NCBI GenBank assembly: GCA_951406725.2
Contig: OX597823.1
Span: 92,690,001 to 92,754,000 of the forward strand
Length of the DNA: 64,000 nt
Direction of reading: 5' to 3'
Source: Octopus vulgaris
Taxonomy: Eukaryota
This document shows positions 27,915 through 40,420 of the stretch, one piece after another. A program made the translations under genes and the position numbers. How positions within the stretch are numbered: position 1 is the stretch's first letter; every line of letters begins with the position of its first letter. The notes under the pieces were generated by a model. It was not told where the DNA came from. It saw nothing but the letters and a program-made list of their open reading frames with translations, and searched no databases.

Positions 27915-28160
27915 ATGTTAAGTAAATATGATACCTTCAATCTCGAAAACATACTGTTGAAAATTCAGTGCAGATGGGCTGGACATGTTCGAATGCACGA
28001 TGGTTGCACTGCAAAAATTCTTTTGGATGACCAACAAGTAGAGGGATTCAGCGCTAAATGGAGAAGCATCCAAGGATATGTTAGAACAATAACTAAAATC
28101 CCTACAGCTTAAATTACCATCTTGGGAAAGTTATTGCCTAGATCGATCTGAAAGGCGTAA
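27915..28160 (+). pseudogene. RTE-clade LINE C-terminal remnant
   Basis: ENILLKIQCRWAGHVRMHDG..AKILL resembles the RTE LRWAGHVxRM motif. Confidence 0.6.
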
Positions 28161-28689
28161 AATTGTCATGACACCTAAACAATATTATTTGAAGAAAGTG
28201 GACAATAAAAGAATTCTATCCTGCAATCAACAGACACTTATTTCCAATCCCAGGCAAAATCAAAATCATCATTGCTCCTATTATGACTTCATTGCAAAAT
28301 CCTTCCATACCTGGACTGAAATTACACGCATCCATTGCAAACAGATGCAGCTTCTTTTATTTTTAAACTTACTTTTTTCTTTTTTTTTTCCTTTTTTTAA
28401 AATCCTCTCCTTCAAACACTCGTGTCAAAATCGACGGCAGTGACTGTCGTTATTCTTAGTACGTACACCTACTATTTTACTGGTATAAACTGCTACTGCC
28501 TGCTGCCTTTGTTACTACTGCTACTACTATCACTCCTGCCACCAACACCACGACTATAACTACCACACTACCTCTGCTGCTACCACCTCCTAGCAGTAAT
28601 GACAACCACTCTTCCCTCTCCATGAAGCTATACCAAGAATAATGATAAAAATAATTCCAACAAAAGTGGAATTTTAAACCACAATTTGG

Positions 28690-29240
28690 AAACATGTTCC
28701 GAGGCGTTGATAGAACTAGAAGATTGTCATTTTCATGGATGATAAAAGTCTTCTCCTCTCATTGATTCCCCTAAGCTGTCAGCTAAAATGTCTCCGTCCG
28801 GTGCCGTGTGTTGTCTTTACACCATTCTTGGCAGAATTTCTTCCTTGTGAAGAGTACCTGCAGCATCGATCGAGTATTCACTGTTGCAGTTTCGTATAAT
28901 TGTCGATGTCTCTTCCGCTGATTGTCTGCATCATTCATTAATTTTCTGAACATTTTTCAAGGACAAGTTTCGTCCGGCATCAGGCGGATGTGAATGATTA
29001 CATGCTTCCCCTTAAATAACATCATCTTCTGTTTTTATGCGCCCCCCGCAACTTCCTTTCCGCTGGCCGCATCGCCAATATGTTACAATGCTTTTTCGTT
29101 TGTCATCGATGTATGCGTAGCCGTCAAGCAAAAGAATTCTTCCTCCTCTCGTCGCTGGTACTATTTCTATGATTTTTAAAGAAAATTTCATGTTAAGCAA
29201 CATTACTACCACAAAAGAACCAACCATTATTTACAGAAAG
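28690..29240 (-). pseudogene. Decayed MULE (Mutator-like) transposase N-terminus with FLYWCH zinc finger
   Basis: RGGRILLLDGYAYIDDKRKSIVTYWRCGQRKGSCGGRIKT, followed after a stop/frameshift by CNHSHPPDA (HxH). Confidence 0.75.
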
Positions 29241-29545
29241 AACTTTCAGTTATCACAGGTATTTACACGCACACACATCACAGAATAAAATGAAAATAAC
29301 ACTTTAATTGCAACCGTGTAAATAAATGTAAAACACAGACACTTCACAACACTTTCCAGCTTCTGAATAAGGCCTAAATCAGCGTCTACAAGCTAGATAA
29401 CTTTCGTGTGGTTTGGGAGTGACGAAAGAGTTTGAATATAATTTGAATAAAACAGCTACATTAAAATTTATATTTTTTATCTTTCAGTAAATTTGCCAAA
29501 ACGTTTTATGCAATCGGTTATCCTTTTATCCTGGGAAGGGAGAAT

Positions 29546-29584
29546 GTCTTTTACGTTTCGAGCTTACGCTCTTCAACAGAGAGG
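29546..29584 (-). ncRNA. Hammerhead-like motif with variant core (CUGUUGA)
   Basis: Minus: ctct-CTGTTGA-a-gagc(gtaa)gctc-GAAA-cg-TA-aaag. Confidence 0.45.
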
Positions 29585-29810
29585 AACACACACATAAAAA
29601 GGGAGAGAAAATAAAAAGAGAGAGAGAGAGACAATAAAGAGAGAAAATATAAGGAGAGAGAAAACAAAGAGAGATAATAAAAAGAGAAGAAAATAAAATA
29701 AAATAAAATAAAATGTATGTATGTGCAGATTTGTATGTTTTGCTTTATGTATGTCTTCTCATGCATATAGTTGCAAATATAAACATGCTGACATATATAT
29801 ATATATATAT

Positions 29811-30190
29811 AAATGATAAACTTCTGGAAAGTCTTACATATTTTTAGAGTTCCAGTGATGGATTGAATCTGTAGTCTTCGAATTAGCTTTCTCCATTCTG
29901 GTTTTGGGAAGTCTAATTTCTCATGATTGGTATTTAGGCAGTGTGTCCCAGGACCCTAAAAATTGCAGATATAAACCTGAACTTGTTATCTGGATTGAGT
30001 AACGGCAGTAATGCAGCATAGGTGTTCTCTTTTTCACTGATTTCCAGCTTTATGTCAACACCCGCTGGGCAGCTAATTTCCACAATTGTACACAGTTTCT
30101 CTTCTGTATCCCAAATCAGTACATCAAGTCTGTTATGCTTACATGTTATTGAGATATTCACTGGTACAGTCCACCAGGATTCCTTTTAGC
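29811..30190 (-). pseudogene. RLE-type non-LTR retrotransposon 3' fragment abutting (TA)n
   Basis: CKHNRLDVLIWDTEEKLCTIVEISCPAGVDIKLEISEKENTY: RLE PD..(D/E)xxCP...K motif. Confidence 0.8.
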
Positions 30191-30313
30191 AGGACCAGGA
30201 CCATCGTTACTGGATACCTACTGGCTAGAGATAGCAGTCGCTCGACCTTACCCACAATATATAAACAGAGAAGCGACAAACAGCCTCTGATCTCGTAATG
30301 AGCAAAGTAGCTA

Positions 30314-30344
<31 letters not shown>

Positions 30345-31172
30345 TGTATGTATGTATGTATGTATGTATGTATGTGTGTATGTGTATATGTATAAATCCT
30401 TCACTTTTCCTCTGGATTAAAAGACGATATACATACTGTAGACTTTAGAATGAAGAGAAACTTTTTATTACGTCAGTTGATTTTATTTATTTACGGGTCC
30501 CGGTTTACTTTGCTTTGATCTCAGGAAGATCATTCTGCTTTCGATATTCACCCTAGATTTCCAGACGCAGCAATATTGTCGGTTTATTTGCCTTTGTTTC
30601 TAATATTAATTTCTCTGTTTCAATGCTGTTGCATTAAATATCTCTCAATTGATTTTGTCGATCCGTTCTTCCATTCAGCGACAATTCGGTCCGTCATCTA
30701 ACTGTCCCCCAATTCTCTTTGTATCTCTATCGTATTTACAATAATTTTTGCTGACCTCCTCAAATTTGCGCCTGTAATTTAATTGTATGCAAGTCAGATA
30801 TAGGTGTGTACGTATATGTGTTTCTGCGTGTATATATCAGTTTATATAAATTTATACACATCATTTTGTATATATACATATACAAATATTTGCATATGCA
30901 CACACACATGTATAAGTGTGAATACATGTACGTACACATATCTGTGTTTGTGTGTGTGGTTGTGTGTGAGTGTATATATATATGCGTATATATGTATGCG
31001 TGTATATATGTATATATGTGTATGTATATGTATGTATATACATATATGTGTATATTTATATATGTATGTATATATATGTATATATGCATATGTATGTATA
31101 TATATGTATATATATGTATATATAAATATACATATCTGTATGTATATATATATATATTTATATAAGTGAATA

Positions 31173-31229
<57 letters not shown>

Positions 31230-31263
31230 GCGTGTGTGTGTGTTTGTGCGTTTGTATCTGTGT

Positions 31264-31346
<83 letters not shown>

Positions 31347-33146
31347 TATATACATAATGCTAGTTTTTAATGTGTTATTGGTTATTTGTAAGTCTATAGG
31401 AAATACGTTGTTTTATGCTGTGAACCTGGGAAATACTTGTAACTCGTCTGCCTAAAAGCACATAAAATTTGCCTATGTAGCTGTGGCTCGCAATAAAAAG
31501 ACAGAAATCTTCGTATAATACATGTACTTATATGTCTTGACTATGGTTGCGTCTAATGTATGATTCACCTACAAATATTGGTTCGTAAGAAATCAAAATT
31601 TGGTAATAAAATATGAGAAATCAATAGCAGAAACTATCCCTAATCTATAATCATATCCTGAGACGAATATCGTTTTCATATATTTTAATGGCGTTTATCA
31701 ATGGACTCCGTCCACGCTTTACATCTCCTTTTTGATCTTCTTCCTACATATGTCACAAATCATGCAGAGCTTAACATCTGCTGCCGACTGTTTTTGTGTA
31801 ATAAAACAAGAATTAGTAGTACATAAAGATCATCAGAATGTTAATCCATTCACTCTAGCCTAACAATCTATATTTGTATGTAATATAATAAAAACTAACA
31901 TTATTTTAATAGAAACCAACCAGATATAAGCACACTTACAATGACTCGTGATACACGAGAGTTATGCAGACAGTAGAGAACTAACACATCAATAGATTTT
32001 AGATTGTGGGTTTTTTGACAATGGCCTGTAAATTATACATCGCAAAGAATAATTGAAAGAAAAACAGGGAATTTGGTCGCAAATTAATTTCGCAAGATTA
32101 ATAATATTTTTCATTAATTTTTTTTTTCAAATGATTATCTTTTTTTTGTCGAGGGTTTTCTTCCGTTTTGTGTGTTTACGTTGTTCTTTGTTTAACTCAT
32201 TATGTTTGCTTAATTCAAAACCACCCTTAGTTTAATTAAGATTTATTGAGTTTCTAATTAAATTCACAAAAAGACAACTTAATTATATATTAGTCGGAAC
32301 AGAGAATTTCCATATCATTAATGTGAAAATGTCTTCTATGATGGTACAAGATGTGACAGATACAAAAAAAAATAAAACGAAGAAAATAAATAAAAAAACA
32401 AGCAAACTAAATTACTAATATGTTTGTGCTTTAAAAAGTACATTAGCGTCGATAATAATGTTATTAGTGTAACATTTTCGCAATGTATCGGTATTTGTGT
32501 GCATGTATACTATATTCTGTGACACAAACGAAACTAATACACCACAATTATACGTAGTGTATTCATTAAAATGTATATGAATATATTTTGACTTAAGGTG
32601 TAAAAATGAAAATCAATAATTGCAGAAGGTCAAACGCCTTCTCCGAGACAGGGGTTCATAACGCCGGTCCCCAATTTTGTTGTGTACATATTCCGCACCT
32701 AGATGAGACGCTGGACCGTAGCGGAAATAACTCATTTTTGCTCGCTGAATGGACTGGAGAAAACTCGAATGAAGTTTAAAGCTCAAGGGCACAGTTCATC
32801 GCCCATTCCAGAAATCGAAAGCACAACCATACAATCATGGGTGCAACAGCCTAAACCCTAGGCAGAGCGATTCGATCTCCTTATGTATAATAGTTACCCC
32901 TAGTAATTTATATAATAATTATAAATACATATATATATATATATTTATAGATAGGTAAATATATATGTATATATATATAACGTGACGTATTTTTGCCATT
33001 TCAATATGGCTAACCCCTAAGGGTGGATGCTACTGTAGTTTTTAGCCCCAGGAGGACACACTCCTCCAGCTGGCCATAGACACACTTTCTGTGTCCTGTC
33101 AGTATTTGCAAAGGGAAGTCATCTTTCCCGTCTTCAACTTATGATA

Positions 33147-33191
33147 CACACGGACTCGAGCTTCGAGGTATTGACCGCTCGTCAGCGTGTG
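33147..33191 (-). ncRNA. Type I hammerhead ribozyme, mutated copy (GAAA>GAAG, stem II mismatch)
   Basis: Minus: cacacg-CTGACGA-gcggt(caat)acctc-GAAG-ctcgag-TC-cgtgtg. Confidence 0.75.
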
Positions 33192-33499
33192 ACAATCATA
33201 GTTGTCGCCGAGAATTAGATTTCCTTTACAAATACTTATACTTTTTCCAGCGTCCACTGTCGCTGATATTGAAAAAGTGAAATCAAACAATGATAAATAT
33301 CAATGTGAGTTATATACAGTAGCGGTAACACAACGTGACGTATTTTTGCCATTTCAATATGGCTAACCCCTAAGGGTGGATGCTACTGTAGTTTTTAGCC
33401 CCAGGAGGACACACTCCTCCAGCTGGCCATAGACACACTTTCTGTGTCCTGTCAGTATTTGCAAAGGGAAGTCATCTTTCCCGTCTTCAACTTATGATA

Positions 33500-33544
33500 C
33501 ACACGGACTCGAGTTTCGAGGTATTGACCTCTCGTCAGCGTGTG
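33500..33544 (-). ncRNA. Type I hammerhead ribozyme, intact
   Basis: Minus: cacacg-CTGACGA-gaggt(caat)acctc-GAAA-ctcgag-TC-cgtgtg; all core nucleotides and stems present; GUC cleavage site. Confidence 0.92.
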
Positions 33545-33852
33545 ACAATCATAGTTGTCGCCGAGAATTAGATTTCCTTTACAAATACTTATACTTTTTC
33601 CAGCGTCCACTGTCGCTGATATTGAAAAAGTGAAATCAAACAATGATAAATATCAATGTGAGTTATATACAGTAGCGGTAACACAACGTGACGTATTTTT
33701 GCCATTTCAATATGGCTAACCCCTAAGGGTGGATGCTACTGTAGTTTTTAGCCCCAGGAGGACACACTCCTCCAGCTGGCCATAGACACACTTTCTGTGT
33801 CCTGTCAGTATTTGCAAAGGGAAGTCATCTTTCCCGTCTTCAACTTATGATA

Positions 33853-33897
33853 CACACGGACTCGAGTTTCGAGGTATTGACCTCTCGTCAGCGTGTG
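33853..33897 (-). ncRNA. Type I hammerhead ribozyme, intact
   Basis: Identical to 33500-33544. Confidence 0.92.
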
Positions 33898-34261
33898 ACA
33901 ATCATAGTTGTCGCCGAGAATTAGATTTCCTTTACAAATACTTATACTTTTTCCAGCGTCCACTGTCGCTGATATTGAAAAAGTGAAATCAAACAATGAT
34001 AAATAGCATCCACCATATTGAAATGGCAAAAATACGTCACGTTGTGTTACCGCTACTGTATATAACTCACATTGATATCTATCATTGTTATATATATATA
34101 CATATATATATATATATTTACATATATATGTGTGTGTATATATGTATATATATATATATATGTACATATATATAATATACATATATGTATATATATGTAT
34201 ATATGTATAATTGTGTGTGTGTATATATATGTATATGTATATGTATGTATGTATATCTGTA

Positions 34262-34417
34262 CAGGAGTGGCACTGCGGTATGTAGCTTGCTTATCAAACA
34301 CATGGTTCCGGGTACAGTCCCATTGCGTGAAACCTTGGACATGTGACTTCTACTATAGCCTCGTGCAGATCAAAGCGGTTTTAGTGGCTTAGATAGACGG
34401 TAACTGAATAAGTCTGT

Positions 34418-34455
<38 letters not shown>

Positions 34456-34685
34456 TGAGTGTACGTGTGTGTGTATTTGAGTGTCTTTGTTTGTCCCTCC
34501 ACCATCTTTTGACAACCGATATGTATGTGTTTACGTCCCCGTAATTTAGCAGGTCAGCAAAATACACCTATAGAATAAGTACTAGGCTTACAAAGAATTA
34601 GTCCCGTGGTCGCTTTGCTCGACTAAAGGCGGTGCCCCAGCATGACCGCAGTCAAATGACTAAAAGAAATAAAAGAATAAAAGAA
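34262..34685 (+). mobile_element. SINE family A, full length
   Basis: Head caggagtggc...catggttccgggtacagtccc to tail cagtcaaatgactaaaagaaataaaaga. Confidence 0.85.
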
Positions 34686-35306
34686 AAAATTATATAACGA
34701 ACAAAATAGTTTTAAAACCTTTAAATGAGATATGAGTACCAAAGAGAGTAAACGGTTAAGCTTCTTTGCCAGTAGAAGGTAGTTGTTCCATCCAGAAGCA
34801 TGTTGCTACCTTTTAACGCCAGGAAGACATCTTTGCCAGCTGGTTATCCTCACACAACCTGTGCCTGATATATTGTGAGTAAGGGAGCGAACTGCTCAGC
34901 AGGACCAGTTTAATATCATTACTACTCATATGTGATTTAGAGATTGTAAGACCGGCTACTTTGTTCGTTATACGATCAAAGGCTGTCTGTCGCTTCTCTG
35001 TTTATATATTGTGAGTAAGGTCGAGCGACTGCCATCACTAACCAGCAGCTATCCAGTAACAGTGACGGGAAAAGACCCGGAAACCAAGGTGTGTTGGTCT
35101 TGCTAAAGCTAGAGGGGAGTAGTTCGCTCCCTTACAATGTATCACACACAGGATGTGTCGATAAGAAGCTTGAAAACATGTCTTCCTGGAGTTAAAAGGG
35201 AATAAGGTAGTTCTGTAAAGTACAGTCACTAATTACCGTTTACTATCATTAGTACTCCTATCTCATTTAGAGATTTAAAAACTATTTGGCTCCTTACACA
35301 CTCACT

Positions 35307-35337
<31 letters not shown>

Positions 35338-36461
35338 ACACACACCTATGATGGTATTTATATAAGCCTAAAGCTTATAGCGATCAATAAGAAAAATAGT
35401 CTAATAACAGGGCATATAAACCTTCGACAGAAAAATAGACTACTTTTTCTGTCGAGAGCTTGTATAAATACCGTTATTATTATTTACAGAAATACATAAC
35501 CCAGCGACATAAAACCAAACCATTCACACCGAAAGCATAACCCCACCATATATATACGTGTGTGTATATATATATATATTGGGCAGACGAATGCTTCTTT
35601 TAACAATCGTTATCGTAACCATGTTGCCAGCTTTAACATAATCAATAAGAGACTTTCAAGACCTTTTGCAGATTTTGCATGATGCTTGAAGGAGGATAAA
35701 ATGAAGTACAGCATAAATAGTAAGGTAAGCTACACCATAAAATATAATTTCCAGAAGATGCTGTCTCTGCTACGAGGAATCCCTGTCTTTTCTGTAGACC
35801 AACGGGAAGATAATTAATAGAATTCCTGAACGACACACGAGATGCCTACACGCGTATAAATGTACTTTCGTACAATGCAGTGCGAATGAATTTTGAGTAA
35901 CTGCTAACCTCATTTAATTTGCTTTACGGCATGGATGACTTAAGTTTACTTTTAACCTCCTCATTCTTACAAACACCAAGTCTATAGCTAACTCACTTCG
36001 TGATCATGAGAGCACCAAACCCCACGTGTGCGTATTCTCACATTTTTGTGGATGCTTCTATGAGCGACTGTACTCACACCATTCAGATTGCCCGAGGGCG
36101 TTAATACATCCATATTTGCTGACGGTTATTTTCAATAGTATTCTCGCTGGATTGTGTGTTCGTTTATGTTTTTGCCATCTGTGATTATATTTTTGATTTT
36201 CTATATAAATGAACATATTTCTTCCGTCTGGCTACTTTTCCTTCAACAAAAGAAGTTACATTGCAAGACAGTTATTTTAATGAGTTTTAATTATTTATCA
36301 CCCGATGGTCCTGAATCAGTTGTTGAGCATCAAGTCTGTGAGGAATCGATGCTAGAAGTGTCGAAACAATTGTCGTGATTAATAATAAATTCTCGTATAT
36401 TCCATCTTGTCTTTCGTTTGTTATATCTATCTATCTATCTATCTATATATCTATCAATACG

Positions 36462-36526
<65 letters not shown>

Positions 36527-36543
36527 CATATATATACATATAT

Positions 36544-36592
<49 letters not shown>

Positions 36593-36731
36593 CATAATAA
36601 TCACACTATTGCTTACATATATACATGTATATTACATATATACATATATACATATATACATGTATATGTATATATGTATATACATATATATATATATATA
36701 CATATATATATATGCATATATATATATATTC

Positions 36732-36775
<44 letters not shown>

Positions 36776-38482
36776 ATGTATATACATATATACATATATA
36801 TGTATATATGTAAGCAATAGTGTGATTATTAAAATATATTATTTATTCTTTTATCTTAGTTTCAAGAGATTTTCTTTTCCTCAAGCCTCTGTATTATCAT
36901 TTCTAAGTTAAGATTACTCGGCTTTTCCGGAGAAGATAAAAGAGATTTTACACCGGAAGCGGTTGTGTCATAGTTAGAATACCAGTGGCAGCTTTAATAT
37001 TTTTAGAAACTAACCAAAGTGCCAAAAAATATACACACAGTCATTCATTTTCTCTGCCCATTATTCCTGGAACGTTCTTGCTGATAAAGTCCACATGCAT
37101 GTCTTCTACTGTGTCATTTCCGAAGTTACCGTTATTACAATTTCCAGCTGGATTCCCAAGCGTGTCCAACTGAGCCTTCTCGTTTTTCATCCACCCACTA
37201 GGTTCCCTGCCCGTTGGCTAGGCTTAAATAAACCGTTTTGCGACTCTTTCCTGTGGCAGTGCAACTACATTTCCGTAGTAGCAGAGATTTGACCTCTGAA
37301 CGCGGGGTAATACTCGATCGATCTCAAGAAAATCCCCGCTCGGCGTCCTAACGTTTCTGCCAGCAAACCGCTCGAATATTACAATATGGGCGGATAGGCG
37401 CAGAAACCAAATTGAAGATTAAAAAGTGTAGCTTCTCTTCCAGCCCTTCCTCTTACGAAGATCGAATGCTGGGGCTGGCGCATTACTGTGCAAATACCTG
37501 CAACAATAAAATCTAATTTAGCCCTAAACTCCCCATCAATCGTGAACACGGCCTTCAGAGATTTAAACTTCTGTACTAGCCTCAGTCATGTTCCACTCTC
37601 ATTCAATTTGATTTACTACAAGTATTGTGCAAATCTAAATATTCACCTAATAAAACTGCTTTATACAATTCATAATACTGTTTGTAAAACTATTCGTAGA
37701 GTATCATAAATACATTTTTATTTCATAAATGTATAACTTCGCACACAGTGAAATACTTTTGTTCATCTTCATACAAAGCATATTGAATACCAGTTGAAGT
37801 AAATCAACATTCATATGTATTTTAATATCTAAGATAAATATAATTCTGAAGGTATTCTTCTACTGGTGTAATAAAACATACCATTCCATCATCATGGTAT
37901 TCATGCAGCGTGGATCTGTGTTTTCTCTTAACATCAAAAGACAAATCGAAGAAATCGATATTTGGGAAGTAAGTTATGAAATACATCAATTTATGAAATA
38001 TACGAATCGTTTCACAAATTTTATTATCAATCCTACTGGACAAGTGTATTGCTTGTACATATATCATATATATGTAGATAATGTATGAGGTAAACACAGT
38101 CATATTACGTGATGGTAACACAGGGAAAATTTGTGAAATATAACTGTATTGCAATGTTATCTTGTTCCACTGTACCGAAAGTTTAATTGAAAATGCTTAG
38201 GTTATATATTTGTGATTGCAAGCCATATGTTCCCAAGTCACTAAAGAGAAATGCAAATATTGTTTCGAAAATTAAGTCCTAATGTTGAGGCAATTAAAAT
38301 TTTATATTCACCATAAATGTATTTCTGCTGGCAACATTTAGTGTTCTATATACTTGTAATTATATATTCAATTATTTCTTTATCAACGAGTATTTGCACA
38401 AAGGCATACCACTGTTGAGTACTTTTACCAGTACCCACGATCTCCTCTCTTTCTGGCTTGTCTGCCTGTCTGTCTCTATGTT

Positions 38483-38543
<61 letters not shown>

Positions 38544-39390
38544 TTGTCCCTATCTCTATCTCTGTCTCTCTTTCTTAGAAAGACACATCCATTCGACCAG
38601 CTCAAAAGTCGATGTTATCGTAATATTGCGCCGAATAATTAATTACCCTACACATGTGTATATGCGTCTTTAACACTGGGTTTATAGTAAAACGCCAGCG
38701 GAGTCGATTTCTACGACCTATTGTTGCATGAAGCCACAGAGAATAGATATATTTATTGCCTTTCGAATTTTCTTGGAAATGTTTAAATATCAGAACACAA
38801 GAATTCATGACCAAGAAGCACATGTTTTATACACTCAGTTCCTGTTAATCTCCATTGCATCCGACACACGGAATAAAATTTATAATAGCAACAAACATTG
38901 AGATATGTTAATACTTTGAATGAAGCAGTGAAAACGTGGAGATGTTATATATATTTTCCTCTTACGAAATATTAATATCGTTTTTGACTTTTATCTCCTT
39001 GCCTCTTAAAAATGTGCATCGCCACCCGTTTGTGCAAATGTTAATTGTATTACATCCGAAATCCAAACGCTTATCGCAAATTTACACTATCTTACATATT
39101 CATCAGAAGGAAAACACTTTTTTCTTTTCTAAAAATAATAATTTCTTGTGTATGTGAAAATAATTAAAGGAAGGTTTCGTCTTCGAATCGACTCTTCAAT
39201 GCTGTCCATAATTTAGAAAATCAAACATTGACATGTATATTTTCTATAATTGTTCAATTTTGCCACTGAAGATGTAATCGATTTACCACGATATTTCAGG
39301 AGCACTTAATAACATTCGCAATGGCGAAATTAATAGGCTGCAGCCAGAAACGAAATGGGAATTTGAGTTTATTTAATACGAGACGCAGTC

Positions 39391-39798
39391 AAGGCGGCGA
39401 GTTGGCAGAAACGTTAGCGCGCCGGGCGAAATGCGTAGCAGTATTTCGTCTGCCATTACTTTCTGAGTTCAAATTTCGCCGAGGTCGACTTTGCCTTTCT
39501 TCCTTTCGGGGTCGATAAATTAAGTACCAGTTACGCACTGATATCGATATAATCGACTTAATCCGTTTGTCTGTCCTTGTTCGTCCCCTCTGTGTTTAGC
39601 CCCTTGTGGGTAGTAAAGTAATAGGTATTTCGTCTGCCGTTACATTCTGAGTGCAAATTCCTCCGACGTCGACTTTGCCTTTCATCCCTTTCAGGGGTTG
39701 ATCAAATAAGTACTAGGTACGCACTGGAATCGATATAATCGACTTAATCCCTTTGTTTGTCCCTTCTATGTTTAGCTCCCTATGGGCAATAAAGAAAT
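39391..39798 (+). mobile_element. SINE family B, duplicated body
   Basis: aaggcggcgagttggcagaaacgttagcgc...; body repeated twice. Confidence 0.88.
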
Positions 39799-39805
39799 GA
39801 ATATT

Positions 39806-40420
39806 AGACGCAAGCGTGGTTGTATAGTAAGGTGTTTGTTTCACACCCACATGGTTGAAGGTTCAGTACCATTGTGTAGCACTTTTCGGAAGATCTTTCT
39901 CCTGTAGGCCCATCCCTACCAATGCCTCGTGAGTGAGAGGAGCACAGTCGTATATATACACCTGTGTGTGTGTGTGCAACCACCTCTTGACAACCGGGGG
40001 ACGATGTGTGTACGTCCCAGTATCTTAACATTTCGGCAAAAAATACCCCTGGAATACGTACCAAGCTTTAAAGAACATAAGAACTGGGGATGGTGTGGGG
40101 GTAGATTTGTTCGGCGAGCTGGCAGAAATGTTAGCACACCGGGCAGAATGCATAGCGGTATTTCGTCTGCCGCTACGTTCTGAGTTCAAATTCCGCCGAG
40201 GTCGACTTTGCCTTTCATCCTTTCGGGGTCGATAAAATAAGTACCAGTTGCGCACTGGGGTCGATATAATCGACTTAATCCGTTTGTCTGTCCTTGTTTC
40301 TCCTCTCTGTGTTTAGCCGCTTGTGGGTAGTAAAGAAATAGTTAGATTTGTTCGATCAAACTTTTGAAGGTTGTGCCCAAGCGGGGCCGCAGTCTAATGA
40401 CCGAAGCAAGTGAAAGATAT
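39806..40420 (+). mobile_element. Old family A-like SINE with a nested family B SINE (40112-40342)
   Basis: tagatttgtt(cg) duplicated at 40102 and 40343 around the B copy. Confidence 0.8.

Larger units (their letters stand above)
32979..34089 (-). mobile_element. Retrozyme-like / non-autonomous PLE: ~2.9 tandem 353-bp units plus an inverted partial copy, inside (TA)n
   Basis: Units start at 32979, 33332 and 33685; near-identical; inverted segment 34004-34089; each unit carries an HHR. Confidence 0.88.

Noticed and set aside
32979-34005. CRISPR-like array
   Set aside because: Units are 353 bp with no unique spacers, the context is eukaryotic, and there are no cas genes
33099-34182. Repeated 63-aa ORF ([12 protein letters not shown]...)
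   Set aside because: A by-product of the 353-bp repeat with a non-ATG start and no recognisable domain; the conserved feature is the RNA motif
35403-35480. Short hairpin tcgacagaaaaa...tttttctgtcga as a terminator or miRNA
   Set aside because: More likely the centre of an eroded MITE; there is no independent support
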